Below, piece after piece: positions 57,647 to 64,000 of a DNA stretch of 64,000 bases. Positions within the stretch are counted from its first letter, which is position 1. Every line of letters begins with the position of its first letter. Under the pieces are notes generated by a model that saw nothing but the letters and a program-made list of their open reading frames with translations, did no database searches and was not told the origin of the DNA. Source of the stretch: Cyanidioschyzon merolae (lineage: Eukaryota); NCBI GenBank assembly GCA_000091205.1, contig AP006502.2. One strand, given 5' to 3'. The translations under genes were made by a program, and so were the position numbers.

Positions 57647-58396
57647 ATGTTTGACGCGATTGAGATGGGAAGCCAAACTCCTGCGTCTCAGCCGGCTGCA
57701 AGTCCTGGACTGGCTGCCGTAGCGCAGGGTGCAGAAGCCACCATCTACCGCACGAGGCTCTTCGGTGACCAGGACGTGGCCATTAAACAACGTTTGCCCA
57801 AGCGTTATCGCATACCGGAGCTAGATGAACACCTGAACCGCTCGAGAATCATCGCTGAGGCACGAGCGCTCGCGCGAGCCTGGTCTCTACCGCACGTTCA
57901 CGTACCTGCAGTGTACTTAGTGGATCCACACCGGCTGCGACTGGTTCTAGAGTGGATAGAGGGTTTGAGTCTGCGCGACTGGTTGCGCACGCGTGAATCA
58001 GTTGAAGGAACAACGCATATAGCAGCAGTGTTGGAACAAGTCGGACGCATGGTAGCGGCGATACACGCGGTGGGCCTCATCCACGGTGACCTCACGACTT
58101 CCAACTTCATTGTGCGCGAGTCCGCCGACCGAAACGAAAGCACTGTATTTGTGATTGACTTTGGGTTAGCGCAGCAGTACCCTATACAGAGCGACACCAC
58201 AGTGGAAGCGAAAGCTGTTGACCTGTATGTGCTCGAGCGCGCGCTCGCTTCTGTTCATGTTCAGCAAGCAGCAGCGTACTTTGCGCAGGTTTTGCGAGCG
58301 TATGAATCGGGTTCCTCAATTGAAAATGCGAAGCTCGTGCTACGAAGGCTTGATGTTGTTAGAGCTCGGGGACGCAAGCGAGCAATGATCGGTTAG
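57647..58396 (+). CDS. Bud32/PRPK atypical protein kinase (KEOPS complex subunit).
   Basis: ATIYRTRLFGDQDVAIKQRLPKRYRIPELD...LIHGDLTTSNFIV...VIDFGLA. The track start 57644 is TTG; ATG is at 57647. Confidence 0.85.
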   Translation: MFDAIEMGSQTPASQPAASPGLAAVAQGAEATIYRTRLFGDQDVAIKQRLPKRYRIPELDEHLNRSRIIAEARALARAWSLPHVHVPAVYLVDPHRLRLVLEWIEGLSLRDWLRTRESVEGTTHIAAVLEQVGRMVAAIHAVGLIHGDLTTSNFIVRESADRNESTVFVIDFGLAQQYPIQSDTTVEAKAVDLYVLERALASVHVQQAAAYFAQVLRAYESGSSIENAKLVLRRLDVVRARGRKRAMIG

Positions 58397-58861
58397 GGTC
58401 ACGGGTAGCTCCAGTGCACTACTGACACCTGGAGCGTGCCGCAGCGCCGGAAACTCGCACAGCAGAGAGGTACACTTTGGCACCGAGGTGATCGTTTCCA
58501 GTCTATACGTTGCATGCTTGTTGCTCTTGGTCGAGGGTTTGACATACTTGTGCTTGTGCAGGCTAAAATGTACTTCGCGCCCTGAACTGCGTATGACTCG
58601 AACGCCGGATTTCCTGCGAATAGGACGCATCCTCGAAGATGCAGCGCCACCTGCAAATTGTTTTGGTTTAGAGGGAACATCTACCAACGTACGTACAGGA
58701 AGCGATGTTCGAATGTGAATATGTCCAGCGTTGAGGGAGGGCGCATGCTTTCCTGCATATCGCGTGCTGGAAGGTGCGTTTCAGTTTTTGCCCCGTATCG
58801 ATAACTTATATGGAATGCACCGTAGTACGTCGATATAAATCTACAACAGCAGTGCATATTG

Positions 58862-59030
58862 TTTTGTAGAATCCAAATCCACCATTTAGTAGGTCTGTCG
58901 GGTACGCAGAACCCGCACGTCCGTGTCGACACACCGCAAGAATACCAGCACACGTATTTTTTCAGAATCCGAATCCATCCAAAAGGTCTGTTGCATATGC
59001 AGAACACACCGCTTCACGTCAACAGACCTC
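58862..59030. repeat. Diverged tandem duplication, two units of about 93 bp, in the intergenic region upstream of the 59360 gene.
   Basis: ttttgtagaatccaaatccaccatttagtaggtctgtcgggtacgcagaac... aligns with ttttttcagaatccgaatccatccaaaaggtctgttgcatatgcagaac... in a low-GC spacer. Confidence 0.7.
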
Positions 59031-59359
59031 TACTGTAGCGTAAACGTACCGTCATAGAGTCCCTGTAACTAGAAAAAACGCTTTCTCACAGCGTAGATGA
59101 AGCAGCAAGCACTTGACTGCGAGAGCGGAGCTCGCGTGAACACGATTCTCACTGCTGTTTTCGCAGCCGCCAGATACGAGAAAATGTTTTTTGGTGCTCC
59201 AGCGTATGCGAGCAACTGCAAGGCACACCGGTTAAGGGCGATTCTCATTCGCGACCGCTCTTGCTTGGGGACGACACGTTCGCAGCGCGTTCCACACCTG
59301 ACAAGGTGGCAGCGTGTCGGTAGGAATCACGCCTAACTGAGCGAGTCCGTTACGCAGGC

Positions 59360-60118
59360 ATGGACGCGAGTCAGCGGGTGCCTCTGGACTTTCGCCGAGC
59401 TGTGCGCCGGTCTGACGAGATTGCGCGTGAACCACTTTTTCCTCGCTGTCCCATTGGCTGGGAAAACTTTGTTCCCAGTGGCTGGGTCGTCCCCCTCGGC
59501 CAGTCTCTGGTCTCCGTGAGCGTCCCAGCGGCAAACAAAGCCGAGTCACAGCCGCGCTTCTCTAATACCGGGCGCTTGCCCGACTCCGCAGCCGAAGGGA
59601 CCCCTGTAAGAGGCCCTGTGCCGCCCGGATCTACCGACGCTGAAAATACGCTGTCCGTATGCACGGTTCTTGCGTCGCGTCTGCTGGTTGATTCACTGCC
59701 GATCGTTGTCCTCGATACGGCCGAGCGTGGAGGACGATTCGGCAGGCCGGGCTTTCGCAAACCAAAACCAGCAGAGATCTATCTTGTCGAGTGGATGCGA
59801 CCCTGCACACTAGATGACTTCACCTGCAATGGCCTCGTGAATATCGGCTCTGGGATGCCCGGTATGACCTGGGGTTCTGGTGGCGGCACTGGGTCGCCAC
59901 GGGCTCAAGGCACGGCGTCGCCATCGACAGAGCGAGCAACGAGCCAACGAATGAAATTGACTTGGGTTACGATTTCAGTTCTGGAATGTTTTGGGAATGA
60001 GGCCCTGGAATATTTCCGGAAACGGCAACAAGCCGCGGAGACGGTAGCGGCGTTGCGGAAACCGGACGTCGGCATCATGCCGTCGAAGCGATACACTCGA
60101 TACCGCTCGCTCGACTAG
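59360..60118 (+). CDS. Hypothetical protein (252 aa).
   Basis: ATG ORF in a gene-sized slot. No recognisable domain. Confidence 0.35.
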   Translation: MDASQRVPLDFRRAVRRSDEIAREPLFPRCPIGWENFVPSGWVVPLGQSLVSVSVPAANKAESQPRFSNTGRLPDSAAEGTPVRGPVPPGSTDAENTLSVCTVLASRLLVDSLPIVVLDTAERGGRFGRPGFRKPKPAEIYLVEWMRPCTLDDFTCNGLVNIGSGMPGMTWGSGGGTGSPRAQGTASPSTERATSQRMKLTWVTISVLECFGNEALEYFRKRQQAAETVAALRKPDVGIMPSKRYTRYRSLD

Positions 60119-60451
60119 GCTTTTCGTACGATACAGAGGCCGGTTGCGAGCGTTTCGGATTGGTGCGTCCGCCTTGGAGGCTCCCGCGGTCCAAGTTTTT
60201 CTGGTGTAGCATCAATGGATGAGTGGATGGATGGGTGGTCGGATGGATCTAGAGTCTTTCCGGCCACACGGTTGCAGCAGAAAGCAAGCAGGGCGGCAAT
60301 CGTGTCGTCATCGTGGTGGTCGCTGCTTTTGGTGAAGACCTGTAATAAGGGCGCTTTGGAGAACGCAGGGCATCGCTAAGACAGCGAGCCGATGGTGTTT
60401 ACGTCCGGTCGCCATGCTCTATTTCGATACAAGCGCTCATCTCCGATCACA

Positions 60452-60583
60452 AAGTTCAGGTGAGTGAAGCACATGCAACGTGTGAAGGTTGCCATCGTTG
60501 GATCCATGGTAAAAAAGTCGTTCAAGTTCAGGTTAATGAAGCCCTTGCAACGCGGAACGTTTGCTGTCGTTGGATCCGTAACC
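60452..60583. repeat. Diverged tandem duplication, two units of about 71 bp, in a convergent 3' intergenic region.
   Basis: aagttcaggtgagtgaagcacatgcaacgtgtgaaggttgccatcgttggatcc aligns with aagttcaggttaatgaagcccttgcaacgcggaacgtttgctgtcgttggatcc. Confidence 0.7.
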
Positions 60584-60877
60584 TTGTTCGCATTGGAATA
60601 GCGACATTGTCCTTGTGCGTATATTAGATTGTGGAGAAATCTCGGAAAAGTCACGCTCAAGTCACTCTATGTGCAGCGTGAGAATACAGGAGCTCCAGTT
60701 TTCGGGAATATCGCGGGCATTCACATATTCCGATCAAAGCAGCATCCAGACAGTTAGATCAATATTATTTGTAGACCTAAATATCGAGCCATAAATCGTC
60801 GCGGAATACTCTCGCGGCGCCTGAACAGCACGGGTATGATCGAGTTGTACGATATGCTCTTTTGGGATCAAGCGTTG

Positions 60878-61588
60878 CTAGCGCGGTTCAACGTGATTTT
60901 TTGCGCTGCGCTTTCTCGCTATCTGCTGAGCATCCAGCTCATGATCGCTGCTGGATGCAGTCGCGCTTAGGCACACGTCCACAGACGAAGCGTTTCGCCT
61001 TTTCCGACGACGCCTGAACCACACATTTCTCCGCTGAACGTCTTCGCAGAGCAGAGCAAACCATGCGGGTAGGGTACCCTTATCTACTGCACGGCTCTCT
61101 TCGCTCGTCAGCTTCGCATCAGCGGGTTGCGCGGCGTTGGTCGCCGGCTCGTGCGACAAAACTTTATCGTTTGCGGGCGCGTATCGCAGCGCCTCCGACG
61201 AGACTGCCTGCTCGGGAGCGCTGCAAACCGGAGCGTCTTCGCTTTGCAAAGGACCTTGTGCTGTGCGCGGCGAAGTAACAGACGGCGTCGACGTGCTCTG
61301 TGGTGAATTGCTCCACAAAGACGCAGTAAAGTCCATCTTCTCCGAAAACGCTCCAGGTTTTATGCCAGTCTGACAAGTCAGACAAAGAGCTGTCTCATAT
61401 GCGACTGGCACCTGCTCGCAGCGCTCGCACAACGGCAGCGCTGTCACGGACGAACCCAGCGGCTGCGACGCACTTCGCTGCGCAAATGAATCCCAGCAAC
61501 CATCGCAAATACAAGACTCTTGACAGTATTTGCGAGCAACTGCTTTATTGCAAGTTTCACAGAGTACCTCACAAGTTGCGAGCCGCAT
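60878..61588 (-). CDS. B-box-type zinc-finger protein (two tandem B-box-like Cys motifs).
   Basis: CETCNKAVARKYCQESCICDGCWDSF and CERCEQVPVAYETALCLTCQ resemble the B-box pattern C-x2-C-x7-9-C-x7-C-x2-C. The track start 61651 is GTG; ATG (MRLATCEV...) is at 61588. Confidence 0.45.
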   Translation of the reverse strand: MRLATCEVLCETCNKAVARKYCQESCICDGCWDSFAQRSASQPLGSSVTALPLCERCEQVPVAYETALCLTCQTGIKPGAFSEKMDFTASLWSNSPQSTSTPSVTSPRTAQGPLQSEDAPVCSAPEQAVSSEALRYAPANDKVLSHEPATNAAQPADAKLTSEESRAVDKGTLPAWFALLCEDVQRRNVWFRRRRKRRNASSVDVCLSATASSSDHELDAQQIARKRSAKNHVEPR

Positions 61589-61785
61589 TAAAGCATTCCA
61601 GGCGTCTCTTGAGCGTGTTCGTCTCACAAACGAAAGTTCGCCAGCGCCCACGCACGAAAAAGCCCTCGTGGCAGCGGTGCACTGCAGTGGCGATCGCCGC
61701 GCTCTGGACTAGACATCACCAACTTACGCGCAGACGCCTCGCAGTTTTCTTGGACCGTCCACCCACTACTACTTACAACTTTTTC

Positions 61786-62724
61786 TCATATAGTTCGACT
61801 TGTAGAGGTTGTCCAACTAAGTTCTTTCGTGTCCAATCTGGAGGTCTTTTCTCCACCACCGCACATCTCCGTATTGATTGCGGCATGAAAGCCTCGATTC
61901 ACGAATTCCATCCGTTTCTTGCCATCGTTGGTTGTACTGACCAATGCAAGCGATCCTCGAACTTTCGCCCTCCTTTCCATTAGCTCTTCCGTCAGAGGTC
62001 CGTACTTTTTTATATCCTCAGGGTTCCGCTGACACTTTTCCATCTCGACCCTCTGAAGTGTACAACCCAGCGCGTGGTGTGTATATGATGCTCGAAACTC
62101 ATCTATCGGTATTGTAACGAAACGCCGTGCACACTCCTTGTATACCCTCGTCGTTGGAGCTGGAGTAGTCCTTTTTGGGTCTTCCATCGCCCTGCTCAAT
62201 ACGCTACTACGAGCATCTGACTTTCATCCTCCTATAGGGCGCTCAACTGATTGAAGAAATTCGCGAACGCCCGCTGCTTCCCACAGTACAAATTCAATCG
62301 CAAACGAGCCCACCGGGGCTTTGTATACTCCTCCCACAGCGCATCCCAATGCGCAATGCGAACTTCCATGAATTTCCGAAAAAGCTTCAAAGTCCGCTTC
62401 TCGGCTCGTCACCTCGCTCAAAGCTGCCAGGTGCTCTTTCACTCCTGCGTTCCAAGTCTCAATTTTCTTTCTCGCATTCATCATGCCGGATTCTCGATAG
62501 TATCTCGCTCTCGGGAATCTCAACAGACGCATTTCTCTCTGACGTAAGTTGCCGTTGATACAATCTTCCGCACGCTTTGGTGCTTCAATGGTTATGATAT
62601 TTGTGTTTCCGGGTTCCGCGCGGAAGGTGCCAGATAACGACTTTGTCGTTGGCGCGGACCCCGGAAACACAAATATCATAACCATCGGTGCTCCCAAGCG
62701 CGTGGAAGATGGTGCTGACGGCAA
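61786..62724 (-). pseudogene. Left Fanzor/TnpB-like fragment. The C-terminal RuvC half is split over two frames (62224..62724 and 61786..62199).
   Basis: Frame break between 62224 and 62199. No N-terminal domain; the sequence upstream of 62724 is the partner copy. The apparent N-terminus (VMIFVFPGS) is the antisense reading of the partner's GNTNIITI codons. Confidence 0.45.
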
Positions 62725-63662
62725 CTTACGTCAGAAAGCCATGCGTCTTCTGAGATTATCGAGAGCGAGATACTATCGAGCATCCGCTATAATGAATGCG
62801 AGAAAGAAAATTGAGACTTGGAACGCAGGAGTGAAAGAGCACCTGGCAGCTTTGAGCGAGGTGACGAGCCGAGAAGCGGACTTTGAAGCTTTTTCGGAAA
62901 TTCATGGAAGTTCGCATTGCGCATTGGGATGCGCTGTGGGAGGAGTATACAAAGCCCCGGTGGGCTCGTCTGCGAATGAATCTATACGGTGGGAGGCAGC
63001 GGGCGTTTGCTAATTTTTTCAATCAGTTGAGTGCCTTGAAGGAGGATGAAAGTCAGAGGCGCGTAGTAGCGTATTGAGCAGGGCGCTGGAAGACACAGAA
63101 AGGGCGTTCACCAGCTCCAACGACAAGAACGTACAAAGAGTGTGCACGGCGTTTCGTTACGATACGGGTAGAGGAGTTTCGAGCATCGTATACACACCAA
63201 GAGCTGGGATGTACACTTCAGAGAGTGGAGATGGAAAAGTGCCAGAGCAGCCCTGAGGAAATAGCAAAGTACGGATCGCTGACGGAGGAGCAAATGGAAA
63301 GGAGGGCAAAAGTTCCAGGACTTCTTGCATTAGTGAGTACAACGAGTGACGGCAAGAAGCGGATGGAGTTCGTGAACCGAGACGTTAACCCAGCTATCAA
63401 TATCAGGAAGTGTGCGGTGCTGGAGAAAATACCTCCAGCGTCGACAAGAGAGAACTTTGTTGGACAGCCTCTCAAAGTCGAACTATATGAGAAAAAGTTG
63501 GAAGCAGTAGTGAGTGGCCTGTCCAAAAGACCAGGAGGCGTCTGCACCTCAATTGAAGACTTCTTGTCTAGAGCGGGTTTCTCGCCACTACTGTACCACT
63601 GGCGACGTTCGACTTTCGAACGGCGTTCGATGGAAAGGGTGTTATTGGCCCTAGCTTTTTGA
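62549..63662 (+). pseudogene. Right Fanzor/TnpB-like fragment, split over at least three frames (62549..63013, 63074..63256, 63225..63662). Carries the best-preserved RuvC-III motif RDVNPAINI.
   Basis: Frame breaks and an extra ~190 bp at 63,010-63,225 relative to the left copy. About 75-100% patchy amino-acid identity to the left copy. Confidence 0.45.
62590..62683. repeat. Near-perfect 31-bp inverted repeat (ggttatgatatttgtgtttccgggttccgcgc / its reverse complement with 1 mismatch) separated by a ~30-bp spacer. This is the core of an imperfect ~390-bp-per-arm palindrome.
   Basis: Read directly and reverse-complemented by hand. Confidence 0.85.
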
Positions 63663-64000
63663 GTTTTGATAACGGTGATGAGTCGCTCTGTGTGGTTCGA
63701 GAAGCTGCGTGCTGGCATCGGTACGGTCGCGACGCCGCTGCCGCTGCCAAACACCGCGATTCGACGCAGCCAGAGTTGGAGCCGTCGGTTTGTGGCGCGT
63801 ACGATTGTCGCATTTATAACAGTAGCTGGTTTGGCAACCATAGCTTGGCACTCAAGTTCTTGGCGAGAGGCTGTGTTTCCCACGAAAGTGTTCTCGCAGG
63901 CAAGCACAGAGGCAGCCGCAGCGGCACCCGATACAGCACGAGCGGCACCAGGGTTGCCGCGGACAATGCTCACCAAAGCACCGGGAAAGATCCCTTTCCA

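Larger units (their letters stand above)
61786..63662. mobile_element. Head-to-head (palindromic) pair of truncated TnpB/Fanzor-like RuvC-nuclease gene fragments. Probably a degenerate IS605/Fanzor-type transposon relic.
   Basis: Both copies carry a RuvC-I-like G-x-D-P-G-N-T-N block (RAEPGNTNIITI / VGADPGNTNIITI), a Cys-containing segment and a RuvC-III-like D-x-N-A/P-A-I-N block (RMEFVNRGFHAAINT / RMEFVNRDVNPAINIRK). The copies are inverted about a centre near 62,636, and the N-terminal half of a full-length TnpB/Fanzor is absent. Confidence 0.5.

Noticed and set aside
58862-60583. Short tandem repeats checked as a possible CRISPR-like array.
   Set aside because: Only two diverged units each, no alternating unique spacers, and a eukaryotic context.
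61399-61983. 194-aa ORF on the + strand, and its counterpart 63218..63976 on the - strand, sharing NFFSYSSTxRGCPTKF. Considered as a possible real duplicated gene.
   Set aside because: Both lie exactly antisense to the two Fanzor/TnpB-like copies. They share similarity only because the underlying DNA is an inverted duplicate. The sense strand carries the recognisable RuvC motifs; the antisense products have none.
1-64000. Prokaryotic interpretation (operons or defence islands), prompted by the ORF track using GTG/TTG starts.
   Set aside because: The content is eukaryotic: TAF7, proteasome beta subunit, KDM5-type demethylase, Bud32, protein prenyltransferase, laforin-like phosphatase and a canonical GT-AG intron with a TACTAAC branch point. 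Genes are monocistronic with 0.2-2 kb spacers. Alternative-start coordinates in the track were corrected to ATG where checked.

Overview
High-GC (about 55-57%), gene-dense eukaryotic nuclear DNA. Genes sit on both strands about every 2-3 kb and are almost all intron-free. Product calls come from visible protein motifs in the ORF track. The ORF track also uses GTG/TTG/CTG as start codons, so several gene starts were moved to the first in-frame ATG. I can support 22 protein-coding calls (17 with recognisable products, 5 hypothetical or weak):
- long-chain acyl-CoA synthetase
- protein prenyltransferase alpha subunit
- a KDM5-type JmjC histone demethylase
- a bacterial PolI-type organellar DNA polymerase
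- Pus7/TruD pseudouridine synthase
- a laforin-like glucan phosphatase (two CBM20 domains plus a DSP domain)
- a VIT/CCC1 iron transporter
- a nucleotide-sugar transporter
- Tdp1
- an mTERF protein
- UDP-glucose 6-dehydrogenase
- a lumenal-type FKBP
- a PiT phosphate transporter, interrupted by one canonical 98-nt spliceosomal intron
- proteasome beta subunit
- RlmN-type radical SAM methyltransferase
- TAF7
- Bud32 kinase
- weak or hypothetical calls: a DUF1415-like protein, a B-box protein and three unassigned ORFs
The laforin-type phosphatase, the transit-peptide-like N-termini and the compact intron-poor layout suggest a small red-algal-type (Cyanidiales-like) nuclear genome. That is an inference, not something I verified.
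The structural surprises are three repeat systems:
1. A pair of about 2.47-kb inverted repeats (27.0-29.5 kb and 43.2-45.6 kb) brackets a 13.6-kb segment carrying six genes.
2. A second pair of 1.08-kb inverted repeats (39.3-40.4 kb and 51.3-52.4 kb) is interleaved with the first pair.
3. At 61.8-63.7 kb, two diverged, truncated TnpB/Fanzor-like RuvC nuclease gene fragments are fused head-to-head across a near-perfect palindrome centred near 62,636.
Other notable features are an AT-rich gene-free island at 22.5-23.4 kb, a 26-aa x4 tandem repeat in the N-terminus of the laforin-like protein, and short diverged tandem duplications in two intergenic regions.
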